From Felis catus (taxonomy: Eukaryota): DNA of 64,000 nt. The translations under genes and the position numbers were made by a program. This document shows, one piece after another, positions 12,698 to 26,572 of the stretch. The notes under the pieces were generated by a model, which saw only the letters and a program-made list of their open reading frames with translations, ran no database searches and was not told where the DNA came from. The first letter of the stretch is position 1; each line of letters starts with the position of its first letter. The stretch covers positions 155,560,001 to 155,624,000 of the forward strand of contig NC_058368.1 of the NCBI RefSeq assembly GCF_018350175.1, given 5' to 3'.

Positions 12698-15600
12698 AAA
12701 TGTTAGAGATATAATAAGCTCATTATTTCAATGGAAAGATCTGGTAAGTACATAGGCACAGTAGCAAACAATGGCTATAGAGACAGCAATTTTGAGAAAG
12801 AGCCAAGTGAGTCTTGCTCAGAATCAGTTTATTTTACTATTCCACAGATGGGTCTAAGTCATAATGAGAATTACCTCTAAATCTGAAATAAATATTTTAT
12901 TATGTCATTATCAATTGTTGGTCTTCTAAATAACACAATCTATTTATATATGAAAAACCAAACCATTCCACGTCCCTTCCTGGATCGGGCTTGGGCATGA
13001 CAACGTTGACTATTTTTAAAATGATGCGACTAGAGCAATATGAACCAACAAAGGGTTAACTGCATTTTTAGGCAGTGGTTTCAGAAAAAGGAGCGACAAA
13101 AACATTGTTGTATGCATCAGTGATATTCTAGTGCATGTAAAGCATTTCTTAAGATAATGAGGAAAAGAAGAAAAAGCAAGGATAATGGGTAAGGAATACT
13201 TTAAAAAACATAATGACCACAAAATTTAGTGCAGAATTAAACTGCACTTAAATTTGAAGAAAAGAGAATTTAAAAATCTCCTTATTTATGCCTAAACTAG
13301 GAATTGCAAGTATGATCCGGGCGGTAGCTGTTATTAATCTTTAAACAATTAAGAAAACTCTAGAAAATCACAATCTGATTTGACTCTTTTAATCACATTA
13401 CCAGAAGCTTAATGTGTGACTATAGAAGTTATCCTCAGTCTTTTTCATTTCTACTCAGTCTATCTGTCATTTTAGCCACTGCAGAAACCAAACCAAATCA
13501 AATCAAAATTCATTTTGTTCACTAATATCAATACACATGAAACGTATTTGTCTCCAGATACTGAAATGTAATACTTTTCTAGTATTATCCGATAAAGAGA
13601 AGGTTTCCAAAATTAAAAGAGTATCTTTCATTTTCTTCTAGTTCCATTAAGTTGTTCTACTTTACCATCTGGGTATACACAGCCAGTAGGAATCACATTT
13701 CAAGTGTGAGGGAATTTTAAAGAAAATAATTTAAAATGGGATGTTTTTAAGTAGCACTAGTCTCTGACACTGATGGTTTTGTTTTGGGATACAGATTATA
13801 AAACCATTTCCCCAAGATATTTTGTGTTCAGCATAAAATATTTAAAATGTCTCATTTCCAAGAGATCTGGTGGGAGTTCATGACAGATGTGTTATTTCTA
13901 TCTCTCTCTTTTTTAAACAGCATTATTTTGTCTAATTAGCACTGATGATTTACCCATGGCAGTATGAACTTATTGAGAGGAAAGAAAAGTAGACCAGCTT
14001 CTTTGGAGAAAAAAACAGACTGGGTAAGATGGAAGAAAGGCACTTCTTTTTTTTTTAAAGGTATTTTGCAGCAAATGCCCACTAACAGCCCACAGAGAGT
14101 TCATTTATTTATGCATCACCATATGATCAATCTGATTGCCTTTAGTCTCAAACAGAGAAAGCCTCAGTACAAAGCATTCTCCAGGTGTTAGTTTAGGTTT
14201 GTCATTATTTCCTATTTATAGACTCTGTCTAGTAAAAGAAGACAAATTACTGTAAGTGGGGGTAAATGTGATTAAATGAGTCCTCTGAAGATAAGAGGGT
14301 ACATGGACAAGGGTCATTAACACAAGTGACCTCCCTTTGCCCAGACCATATTTTTATGTTGTAGATTGGAAAAAAAAGAAAAAAAAAAACAACACTACAG
14401 AGCAAGAATAATTTCTACTACATATAGCCAAGGAAAAATATATCCTTTTATCCTAATAAGCATTTTCATGCTTTTGCAGTATTTTAATAATACACTGATA
14501 ATGCCAAAATAGTCACAGAATACACTAAGAACAATATTGGAGAAATTATTCATCCTAGGGAAACTAATCGGAAATACTGAAGAAACGTAGTTATAATCAG
14601 ACAAGATTTAAGGGCTAGAATGTAAATTAGTGGATACCAAGATCTTCTGATCAAATGAAAAGTTTAAATTTGTAAAGTTTCAATTAAAACATCTACACTC
14701 TTTCTTCCACCTGATTGTAGCCCCATATGGCAAGGTCAGCCCTTTCAGTGAACAAACAGCTCAGTCGCCTCCAGTGTAGCTGTTATCTGCCTCAACAAGG
14801 GGAGACATTTGGCACAGCCTAAAGCTGGGGCATGAACCCTGGCTAAGCTTAAGACATTTATCTGACAGCATCAGCTGACACTCCACAAACACATTTGCTC
14901 TCCATGACCTCAGAGCATTCGTGATTAATCAAAAATGTATCTTGGATCTTGAGAACAAGCTACAACCAGGCACACACAAAAAAGAATATGCTCTCGATCT
15001 CGCTTATCGACTCAAGAGGTATATTGAATTTAGAAATAGCAAATAGAATAAAATGATCAATATGTTCTCACTTGTCCATGGAAGAGCAAACTTTATCCCT
15101 CAAGCAAAAGACATTGATCATGTAAATGTTTCAGAACTGCTTTCCAACTGAAGAATGTAAAATGTACATGGCTTATTGGGGGTGGGGAAGGAGGCCTACC
15201 AAAGAGGAGCTTTTGCTTTAACTTAAAAAAAAAAAAAATTGTAACTTAAAGACATAGAACGTATGTTTGTATGTAGTGTGTTGTACTTTTAAAAAACCTA
15301 TGTATTCCGCTTAAAAACCTTTTTTTGGTAACATGTTGCCAAATGTTCTTAACAAAACATTATGAAACAGACTTTAAAACTTAATGAAGGAACATTATTT
15401 GTGCAGAGAAAACTCCCTGTCTCAATTTAAATGAGACACAGTTATAACATATCCCCTATGCACTATTTGCAATTTATAATTTATGTCTCTTGGTTCAAAC
15501 TCACTATTTTCTGCAGTCATCTGCTAAGTAATATGATTAGCATGTGAATATTGTACTATTCTGCTTCCCAACACAGTATAAATTAGTCTATTTTTATTTT

Positions 15601-17324
15601 CCTTTATATTTTTCACTTTTAATAATAACACTAAACTCTAATTAAAGCAAAGGGAAACAGAAGTCATATGCCCCATCCTTGATAATATGAAAATGATTAC
15701 TATTAAAAAAATCTCTACAACCGAACTTATTAAATCCCATTCTTGCCTGGTTACCCACTGGTTAGGTTACAGTTGTTCACGATCCTACGGCAGATCGTTC
15801 CACTGAAGAAAAACTACATGTCCCAGTCCCTGTTGGCACGGCAAACAAACTTTCATAGCATGTGCTCACTCTATAAAATGGTGGTACTAATTAGAAGATA
15901 TAAACTCATGCTGAGACATGATATGAATCGGCTTTATGTATCTAGTAAGCTCACAGCAGTACTAGATTTATACTGTTGTTGCTTTAAACTAACACTAAAC
16001 AGAAAATTCAACTTCTAAATTTGTACCATAAGAGAGCAAAAGTGATTGAGTTGAAAAAACAAAACCTCAGCCCCTCATTTTAGGTTTCACTTCTAAACTG
16101 TTTCCTGTGCACTTAGAGGTTGCCCAGCACTCCTCTCCCATATGTTTACCTAACTTAAATTCTTCAAACATGAATTGCGAGTACCAGATAGCACAGCTGT
16201 ATGTTTTGACATCCATGGTGAAAATGAGCAGAAAATCTAACTGTTCCATATCAAGAAGTATTTTTACTAGTGCTAATGTGCCTTAAATACCTTGTTCCAC
16301 AGATGAGTGGCCTGGCACCTGCTGCATGAGAAATAGCCAATTACTGTTCAGTGTCTCTAATTTTCTGATTCAATTAGCATGCTTCAGAGCTTTCCAGTTT
16401 AATTGCAAACTACTTCACAGTTAGCTCTCTGATTAATCATTGCCCATCTGCAAGCCATCGGAAAACTTAGTGGAACAAATTTGTGTACTTTGGAATGCTG
16501 GGAGCTTAGCAAATCAAACTTGTTTTGGTATATAAAGCTTTAATTTTGTTTGCCCTTTTCAGCTGCACTTGTGAGAAGCTCTGTACTGATTAAACAGGAA
16601 GTCCGGACAATAATATGCTACATTATGCATATAATTACTGTAAATACAACCGAGATTGTAGAAACATCATTTAAGGTTAGGCACTAACATGAATGGAGAA
16701 GGAGGTCAAGAAAACACATTTGGAATCAATTTCTTTCCATTATGACCAAATGTAAGTATCAAAAAAAAAAAAAAAAAAAAGCTGTGTGACACACAGTGAT
16801 GTCATTACAGCACCTGTTCCCCTGAAGGCATTTCAGATTCTAGCTTTTCATGTATTCATAAAATCTTTCTTGTTATTTAATTAGTAGAGTCCTAAGTTTT
16901 ATAAGCTTTGTTTACAAAACATATATTAGGGATTTTAAAGCAAACTGGCATCACATTGTTTATGCTTCATTTTCCAAGCTTTCTTGCTGGTCCACTGAAC
17001 GTATGAATGATAGTGTCAGAAAACAAAACTGTTTTAATCGAGCTTTGAGTGGAGTTTAGATTATATCTTAACCTATAATCACGACTTCTTCATTTCTGAA
17101 CAATGAAACATGAATTGCACATTTTGTTCACTCCTATGAGCAAATACCATGGAGAGGAATCCGCACTGCGTGAGGAAGGAGGCTCTAACAAATGAACTCC
17201 AATGTCCTTTCCAACTCTCAGTTTCTGTGCTTGCTTCACATTTTACAAAATTTAAAATTATTCCGATATAATTTTGAAAAGCATCCAAATGTGTCTACTA
17301 CATCTGAGCTTTTATTTCCAAGAT

Positions 17325-17425
17325 GAAATCGTAAGCTCAGGAGGGCAGGGACTAAGTATCTAGATCACCACTGCATCTCGGTGCATCGGGGAGAGACTGC
17401 ACATCCTTGGTGCTTGATTAAAAAT
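17325..17425 (+). mobile_element. L2 3'-end remnant
   Basis: gtaagctcaggagggcagggact...atcaccactgcatc resembles the L2 3' terminus. Confidence 0.5.
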
Positions 17426-20400
17426 GGAAGGAGAATCAGGTCTGAATTTTCCATGTCATGTTACAGTGCCAGGTTGTACACTCTGTTCTCCTATAACCTC
17501 AACAGGATGCAGTCACGCTATCTCATAAAGATGTTGACAAATACCATCATTCTATAAATATTTGGATGAAAGAATAATACAGAGAGAAGAGTGCTTTGCT
17601 AATTACGATGTCCTATCATGATTTGTTGTTAACAACAAATAACAAAAAGATTTTTTCTGCCTTTTACGAAGATCTTTAACATGTTATGGAAATTTCTAAA
17701 AGCTGAAAGCTAAAACCCAACTGAAAGCTCTAAAAATAACATTAAAGTTGGAAGAATGGTTTTTGGAAATTGCACAGCACAAAAAAGTTCACTTAAAAAA
17801 TTTTTACAAATAGAGATACTCAGCGTGGAGTGACTCTCTGATTCTGTTAACAGTAGACACATGTGCTACCAAGATGCCATGAGCTCTTTAATAGTTCCTA
17901 TTCTATCTCCACTCTAGGCTTCTCTGAACTTCACAGGCAGCCAATGCAAGAAACGCTGAGAAGGCGTAATCTGATCATAGCAGTTCAGGCAAGTGAGCAG
18001 GCATGCTGCCACATTCTGCTGCCCACGAGCAAGCGGGGAAGCACGGCTGGAATCCCCACGAAGATCAAATTACAAAATAATCAAGCTTTGTGGCCAGGCG
18101 GCACGAGAGGCTATTGTGAGGTCATGACATAAATCAGGGACTAGCCTGGGCAAAACTGGGCAGTCAGAAATAACATTTTTTTGGTACATGCTTACAGCAT
18201 GGTTCTCTGTGGAAAATAAACTGTTAATGATGTTCAGTTTTTTAATTCAGGAAAGGGCAAATGGCTCTCCTCACACAAGCTCCCACCAATTGAGCCTTAT
18301 GTTTAGAGATAAGCAATTAAACACCACACATCAAAGAAAAACAAAGAGCTGTCCAAAATGGAATTTAGCCAAGAAGAGACCAAACTGGGCCTTGTTCCCT
18401 GTCCTGGGGTTTTCAGTCCTACCTCTACCTCTTACCTACTGTGTAGCCGAATGTCAATGTGTATCAGAGAATAACGATGAAACAACTGCGTGCATAATGG
18501 ATGAAAATGATTGCAAAGCACATTGAAGATGCTTAAAGGGCCCAAATATTATTTGAGATGGTAGCACGTCTTGGGCCAAGAGAGACATTTCCAAAAATAA
18601 TCCCATTATGCCAAAAGAGCAGAATATTCTTTGGGAAGCTGGCTGCTATAGGTGGCTCTAATATGGCCCCAAACCCCAGACAATGACATTTTACAGCGAA
18701 GTGTTAACTTTTGTATATGGTTCCCACAACTGAACCTGCTATAGAAATAACATTTTAGTTCCTGAGAAGGTTCAACATGATTGTCTGGGTTTGATGGTGT
18801 TTTCATATTTAAGAAAGACAACAAAATTGCAGAATGCAGTTAACCTTTGAAAAGAAGAAAAATATAAAAATGAGGATGGAGGTTTCAGGGGACAATAGCA
18901 GGACTTCTAGGGAACTACCGTTTGGCACACTTTGGGGCAACCATAATCACGGTGGGCAGAACTGCTTCAAAGACAACAAACAAACCAGCAAAAACCTAAG
19001 TGCACTGTAATCAAGGCTCTTTGGTAAACAATAGTAACAGGCATATCAACAAATCAATGGTAAACCATTTTGTAAATATTTCCAACAGACGCTTCAAAGA
19101 AACACTTTTAGGTGGTCTAATGTGAACTGAGGGCCATGTGTTGGTTTTTTACTTGTATCCCTGCTGCACAGATGAATTATCATCAGTAATATCTTTCTAG
19201 CCATAAAAGCAATATAGTATTTACATGCCACAAATTCAGAGTGTTCTTAACTTTTAAAAGGCAAAATATAAGTGACTGAAAGTTCACAAGAATATTTTAA
19301 AAATGAAAATAAAGGCAAAAAGTAGTTGCTTTTACATAGGGAATCTTATAAGATATATGAAATTTAACATCTACTGTACTTTAAGCCTATATCTTATTGA
19401 TAATTTAAAATTATAATTAGTGTTCTTGGGACCGAAAGCTACACAGAAAACTAAATATGCACATATGTATGAGATGTGAGATGCTGCTGCAAGAGAGAAA
19501 TACCCTATTTTTAAAGCAAAAAAAAAAAAAATCGTAGTGAAGTCTATCCTTTCATTTATATGTCTCATGTAAATTACACATAATTTTAAATCTTCAACAC
19601 GTTGAAAATGGCCAGGTCTCATGACACTTCTCCTTTATTATCTTCCATTTCACTTGGCCATGGCAACGGGGACTTACTAGAGATTTTTAGGGCTTAAAAA
19701 TTATATACTTTGAATTGAACCAAAAAATGACCACTAGAAAAAAATTAATTTTTATTTATATAATCTGGTAAAAAAATATAATTTTTCTACTCTAAAGGCA
19801 TTTTCTTATGCAGTAACACCACAAAAATAGCATAAGTTTAAAATAGTGGATTTCCCATATGGTTAGTCCACAGCAAGATAAAGTTGTAAATGAGGGGACT
19901 ATGTGAAGAAAACATAAAAAAGCCTTAAGGGCACATACAAAAAATGTGATATTGTATGATTTACATATACAATTTTATTCCCCCAAATTCAAAGAGAAAA
20001 GCTTAATATGTCATAATTTAAATTGTATTTCACATCAAGTATTCCTGATTACGTATTTAACTCTAAGATGCATAACTCAATTTAGAGCATAATGTGGGAG
20101 AGGAGTTAGTAAGAATCTAACCTTTTGCATTTCTTGACTTTTTTGGGCTTGTGGTAATGTTGTATTTATAGAGATTCTACACTTTCAAATTTAAGTCTTG
20201 AAATGTCAGAAAAAATCCCAAAGCTGAGATCTCACAGAAGGTGATTTTTAACAGTCCTTAAAAGTAGAGACTTTATGATCTTCTGACAACTGGAGCTTTC
20301 ACATTTTAAGATTTAAAATTTTCAGTCCTAATATTACATAAGCACACACACTGGTACACTTTTAGAGATTCCATGATCTTTGGTAAAGTTTGAAAGAAGA

Positions 20401-20609
20401 GGAAAATAAGAAAACAGAAAGTTATGAATTCAGGAATATTACAGAAGTATAAATATAAAGAAGTAAATACTTAAAAGGTCTTCTGCATTTAAACATGGTC
20501 CCTCATAAGAATATATTTCCACTGTAGAAGAAATCACAACATCCAGTTAATTTTTGGCTATTTACAGTATTAAAAAATGGAGATCTCTCAATATTTTGGA
20601 GCTGGATCT

Positions 20610-20900
20610 TCGACGAGGAAATAGAGGCCCAGAGAGGTTAAGTGACTTGATCAAGATCATACTGCTAGTTAGCATTAGAGTTTTATTTGAGATCTACTAG
20701 GTCTCTCATTTCCAAGTTTCTTTCCTACTCCTTACAGCTAACATTTTATAATTCTTGAAATTCATTATTTTCAATGTATCCAGCTACCACTTGTGTGACC
20801 ACAGGCAAATCACCTACTCTCTGGCTTTCTCATCACTTTCAACTGTCAACAGGTATTTTTCCACCACCTACTATGAGTCAGATGTAGAGATTACAAAGAT
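20610..20900. mobile_element. Two MIR remnants (first on -, second on +)
   Basis: gaggaaatagaggcccagagaggttaagtgacttgatcaagatcatac (MIR reverse complement) and ccacttgtgtgaccacaggcaaatcacct (MIR sense). Confidence 0.6.
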
Positions 20901-21241
20901 GATAAGACACAGGTTAATCTTATTCTTTGACATCTTATGACTTATGCAGGGAGAGAGGAGTGGCACACAAATATCACTAAGGGAATACTTGATTTGACTA
21001 GAAAGGCATCAAAATCAAAGGTGAACTTTAGTTTCTGATTGCCAAGATTAAAGACAGGGTCTGGAATAACTGATGTCAAAGTTCCATTCTAAAAAAATAG
21101 CTAAATTTCATTTTTTCCCTCAACTCTTATTTCTTAGGTGGACTTCTTAAAAAGTAGGTATTTGATAAGACCAAAATTTCTAAATATTGAAAGTGATTTC
21201 AGTGGAAGACAGTGATATGTTTATGAATAGATAACAAGCCT

Positions 21242-21463
21242 CTAAAAATTTTTTTAAATATTTAATTTTGAGAGAGAGAGAGAAAGAGGGAGAGAGCGCG
21301 CACAAGGGAGGCGCAAAGAGAGAGGGAGACACAGAATCCGAAGCAGGCTCCAGAATCTGAGCTGTCAGCACAGAGCCCGACGCGGGGCTGGAACTCACAG
21401 ACCATGAGATCATGACCTGTGCGGAAGTCGGATGCTTAACTAACTGAGCCATTCAGGCGCCCC
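21242..21463 (-). mobile_element. CanSINE (feline SINEC_Fc-like)
   Basis: Reverse-complement SINE; TSD tagataacaagcct at 21228-21241 and 21464-21477. Confidence 0.97.
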
Positions 21464-21689
21464 TAGATAACAAGCCTTTTATGTGCAAAAAAGTTTGTGA
21501 AATTATGGCTTTCTTTTTTATAGGCCTTTAATGTATTAATGGCCATTGTAATTCTAAGAGGGAAATTTAATATGCAATGTTTCCTTTATTTCATTAAGAA
21601 AAAAATCCCTCCAACAGAGGCTTTTATTACTATCTCTATATCTCAAAATTAGTATTCCAAGAAGCAAAGTTTGGGTAACACTGCCCCTG

Positions 21690-22250
21690 GATTCTGGTGA
21701 TGTCCTCTTAACTGGTTTTCTCCACCAACCCATCTTACATGTGCACTGGCTAGTTAATCCTCCTAAAATGCTGCTTTCGTCATATTTCCCTGTTCAAAAA
21801 CTTGCAGTGACTCTTTGTGGCCTATAAATTTAAGTTCAAACTCTTCAGATCTTCTAGATGCCGCTTGTACATTCCGCTTCGACTTATTCTCTCACAATTT
21901 CTTTGAACAAACTCCAGGCAAAATATCACGGAATTTACCAAGCTCTTTCTGTCTTGGATCCCACCACTTTCCTTTGCCTAGAATGCCTTTTCCTCTTCAC
22001 AAAATTACCAACAACTTCTCTGACAAAATCCAGTTCAGGCTCTGTTGTCTCCATCAGTGAAGAAAGTATGCCACCTCTGACCTTGTTATTGGAATTGCTT
22101 TATATAAAACTGTCATTGTCTTCTCTTTTTATTTATATTTATCATTTATGTGTATATTCTATGCCTGTTTTGGCTACATTGGGTAAGCTCATTGAGGCCA
22201 GGTATAGGCTTTGCATGCCAGATTTTAGCACATTCTCTTGTACCTAATAG
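21690..22250 (+). mobile_element. L2 LINE fragment
   Basis: taatcctcctaaaatgctgctttcgtcatatttccctgttcaaaaacttgcagtgactc...cctttgcctagaatgcctttt...gtaagctcattgaggccagg are L2-like. Confidence 0.6.
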
Positions 22251-22511
22251 CATTTAAAATGATGGTAATGGTGGGATTATTAAAAGTAGTAATAAGTAAG
22301 AGAAGGACCTGAAAATAAACCCGGGGCTTGAATGTTCATTTACAAACTACATATATAGTGTTTTACACAAATATTAACCACGTTTTCCAAATGTCAACTC
22401 ATGACTGCTCAGGCAAGAGTTTTCAACTTTGTTGACATATCCTAAATGTATGATATAATTGAAATATTTATTAAATATTAAATTCCTGCCTAATATTACA
22501 ACACTAGTCTT

Positions 22512-22686
22512 TCTTATTTATTTATTTTTTTGGTGGGGGGGAAGGGCAGAGAGAAAGAGAGAGGGAGGATCCCAAGCAGGCTCCACACTGTTAGCGCAGA
22601 GCTCTGGATCCCGGGAACTGTAAGATTATGACCTTTGCCGAAATCAAGACTTGGATGCTTAACCAACTGAGCCACCCAGGTGCCCC
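22512..22686 (-). mobile_element. CanSINE, partly deleted
   Basis: Ends ...aaccaactgagccacccaggtgcccc; short flanking repeat tagtctt. Confidence 0.93.
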
Positions 22687-23251
22687 TAGTCTTACTTTCT
22701 TAGTTTTCTTAAGTTTCTTAACTTTCTTAAGTTAAATACTCTTAAATAGCTTTAGAAGGAAGAGTTCTATTTCCAAAAAATATTTCTACCCCAATGAAGT
22801 CATTTTAAATAAGAAGTGTGCTCCAGTAACAAGTATTTTAAAAGGTCATCAATTGTAACTAATAAATTAGAAACAACTACAAACTAATTACCAGTTTTTA
22901 GTTTTGGACTATATTGGAACTTTTTTTACAAACATTCTTCACAATTCATTTGGTCTTGCCCATTGAAAAAATGAATGTTGTACAGTAATATTTGGTATTG
23001 CAATTATAAATTATTCTGAAATTTGGATAAAATTTAACCTCAAGTGAACTTAGTGACTTCTCACCTCATGAAACATTTGTATTTTTAGATAAAAAATTTC
23101 CCCTTTTAGTAACTGAAAGGAACATCTCTTGAATCAGTTTTGATTAAACAGAGTTTTTTTTTCTTTTTTAAGTAAGATAAGCAGGCTTAAAATGAAGTAT
23201 TAAAGTATGAAAATAACATTGCCCTTACTGAATGTATGAATGTACAGCATT

Positions 23252-23470
23252 AAAAAAAATTTTTTTTAATGTTTATGTATTTTTGAGACAGACAGAGACA
23301 GAGCATGAACGGGGGAGGGTCAGAGAGAGACGGAGACACAGAATCTGAAACAGGCTCTAGGCTCTGAGCTGTCAGCACAGAGCCTGACGCAGGGCTCGAA
23401 CTCACAGACTGCGAGATCATGACCTGAGCTGAAGTTAGACGCTTAACTGACTGAGCCACCCAGGTGCCCC
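23252..23470 (-). mobile_element. CanSINE (feline SINEC_Fc-like)
   Basis: TSD gaatgtacagcatt at 23238-23251 and 23471-23484. Confidence 0.97.
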
Positions 23471-23779
23471 GAATGTACAGCATTTATTAACATACTGCAT
23501 TATATTGAATAGCTTTGTAATTCTTATAAATGTAATTCATTATTTATGTCTATTGTGTTAGGATGTATCTACTTTCTTCCTTTTTAAACACTTATTAGAG
23601 GATTTAGAAGAGTCAAGCCATGACAGCAATGATCCCATTGTCTCTTCATCACCGTGCCTCGGGACTAGGATGGCACCTGGCACATAACAGATGACAAATA
23701 TTTGTTAAGTAAATGAATTGCAAGAATATATGCTCCATGAGAAAAAGGAATAGATATTTGATGGTTTATTTGTTAGAAA

Positions 23780-23975
23780 TCTGGCTCTTGTATTCAGATA
23801 TGTAGTGTGTGAATTCTGGTTGCACAGAAACCTGAGATCTCCCTAAACTTCCTTCCTCACCTGCAAAATGGAATAGTAATAGAATCTGCCTCATACAGTT
23901 ATTGTGAGGATTAATTCACACAAATATTTGCACATTGGGAACACTCAATACCTGTTAGCTGTTATTATCATCATC
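23780..23975 (+). mobile_element. MIR
   Basis: ttcctcacctgcaaaatggaatagtaatagaatctgcctcatacagttattgtgaggattaa matches the MIR core. Confidence 0.75.
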
Positions 23976-25529
23976 AACATCATCATTACCTTCTTCATTT
24001 GTCTCACTCTCCACTTATCTCCTGTCCCAAGCATGTAGTCTATGCTCAGTAAATATTTGTTAAGTGAAGAAATGAATCCGTGAAATGCAGCTGTATCTGT
24101 ATATACAAATAGGCTTGACTACCCTTAGTATCCTTTTAGGCAAGAACGCGACAGCAATTAAACAAAAATGACTCTATGAGTTTGTATGACTGAATTACTC
24201 TTATTTGAACCAGGTGTTTGGAGATCTAGTCCCAAAGTCCTCATCATTCTCCCGTCTTTATAGAATAGGTGTTCTTTTATTTCCTTTTGGAACTTCTTTT
24301 AGTGCCTAGCACAGAGGTTTGTTTCATTTATATTAAAAGGAACCCCCAGATCCTATTTAGCAACAAAGTCACATAAGGTAAAATTTGAAAACAAATGAAC
24401 ACAGATTATAGAATGGGTAGATGCTAGAATTCTCATAATATTTAACTACATTACCTTAACAAATCCAGTTTGCAGCATTTATATTTCTTGCAATGTTGCT
24501 ACATACTTAAGTGCCATAGTGAAAATCATTACTTCTACACTCTCTAACCTAAACCTAAAGTAAAAATTGTGTAAATAGCAACTAGAGTTATATTTCTGTG
24601 AACTACCTCATTGTGAGTGGACAACAAAGTAAGTCTCAGGTTCTGTGGCTTTGAAATATTTATTTTGTCGTTGACTTAAATCATTTTAGATCTTATATTC
24701 ATAATATTTCTCACCAGAAATATACTAAATAGTACTGAAAAGTTTTCTAATTTATTTTGAGCTTCACTATGGAAAGGTGCTATAACAGATTACAGAGCAG
24801 CCTTGTTATATGTAAGGCTATTATTAGTATGTTTTAATTTATAAAAATGAATATAAACTTCAGCAGCAAAGAGTTTATTTATTTTTTATTAAGGCAAGAT
24901 CAATAGTGAGTATTTTAAGTGGGTGAAGAAAAGAAGGAAAGCAGACCTACGCAACAGTTGCCCTTGAATTCTTCCCTTTGTGTGCATTCTTTGTGCAATT
25001 ATTTTATTTCCACTCTATTTTCCAGATTGAAAATAAAATTTAAAACACTTATAAAATACCCAAAAGCCTTTATCCTCTTCATCACACTATCTCCCACAAA
25101 TGTACTGAAACAAGAACTGCAGACAAACCAGGAGTACTTGTTAAACAGGCAGATTCTTGAGCCTCACCTGGAATTTACTTCTGCTCTCTCGGGGTGCGGC
25201 TCAGGAGTCAGAGCAAAGGTGCGAAGGTGAGAGCAAAGAATAAATACTAACCAACATTTGTTTTTCTATCTAAAAATCTAAAAACTTCCCTCTAGTTGCT
25301 TCTTTTCCTTCTTTGCCTCTTTTTACATTCCCTGGGCTCGAATATGGAGCTCTAGAGGGTTCGCAGATACATTCCCAACCCTCTTGGGATTCCGAAAACA
25401 AGCTCATGCTGAAGCTACTTAGTCTTTTTTACACTAGATCAGGGTTGCTGAAATTCCAGACCTTAAACCTGAAAGGAATACCAAACAAACACCAATTTTA
25501 AAACACATGTAAATCATCTCCCTCTAATA

Positions 25530-25665
25530 TCATTATAATTGCTGTAACAAATTGAGTACTAATATATGTTAGGCACTGAGCTAAGTGCTTTACATACATT
25601 ATCACTTGCTTCTCCATACCAAAAAACCTCCAAACATGAATACAGATAGTTATGATTCTGACTTT
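25530..25665 (-). mobile_element. MIR
   Basis: aattgagtactaatatatgttaggcactgagctaagtgctttacatacattatcac is the reverse complement of the MIR 3' half. Confidence 0.65.
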
Positions 25666-26349
25666 GATACTGACTTTCAATCAAATCTGAGTTTTTCTTT
25701 CTTTAGCAACTTCAGGACTCTCAAAGGTAAATGAAGACTGCCAAAGGTGTTGGTGAGACAAGACCCTGATGTTCAAAGGATGATTTTCTGCATGCTACTC
25801 TCACCCAACTTCACTCAAGAGGGGAGACTCCAACACTGACATGAAAAACCTATCCAATACTCTGACCTCTCCATTTCTTGGTCTTCAATGACCTCTTCTA
25901 CTCCACTTCGACGAACCATTCTTAATATTTAACTCTGGTCATTACGGCATTCTTCGAAATAGTAATTTAGATATTCCCCTAGTTTGACCACAACCTCCTA
26001 TCTTTTTAAACCATCTTACTCAAATAATCCCTTTTTCCAACTGCAAAAAATATCTTACAGGGCTTCTAGTCCATTGATTCTCCTTTTTTCCTTACTAGCC
26101 TTTTTCTATTTTGACTTGTCTCCTTAATGGCTTATAGTCCACAGTCCATTTCAATGTATTTTTTCTAAACTGCCCTGACTCATTGTCCATTTAATGCAGT
26201 TGCCTGGAAAACTCCAATGCTGGGTGAACCCAGATGACTGGCTTCTCTCTAACAGATTGTTACCCCTATAAACAAATCATCATCAGCCACAACTGGGCCC
26301 TTCACAACATTCAGCCACGTACTATGTAATCCTAGACAACTTTCCAGAT

Positions 26350-26522
26350 GTTACGATTTAAAGGTTAAAAAAATCATAAAGGCACTAAAAGAAAATGAAA
26401 GAGAATTTGTGTATAATTGTGAAGTCGGACTTGAGGCACAACAATAAGACCAGACACTACAGAAAAACATGATTGACATTTTTGCCTCCAAAAGGATTAA
26501 AAACTTCTGTATGGATAAAAAC

Positions 26523-26572
<50 letters not shown>

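Noticed and set aside
13222..13255. Small hairpins (here, and at about 4559-4579, 37520-37539, 45762-45782 and 61570-61592)
   Set aside because: The stems are too short for pre-miRNAs, no known miRNA or snoRNA sequence was recognised, and such hairpins are expected in AT-rich DNA.
17621..17640. Perfect 20-bp palindrome atttgttgttaacaacaaat
   Set aside because: Real, but low-complexity and isolated; no supporting context for a function.
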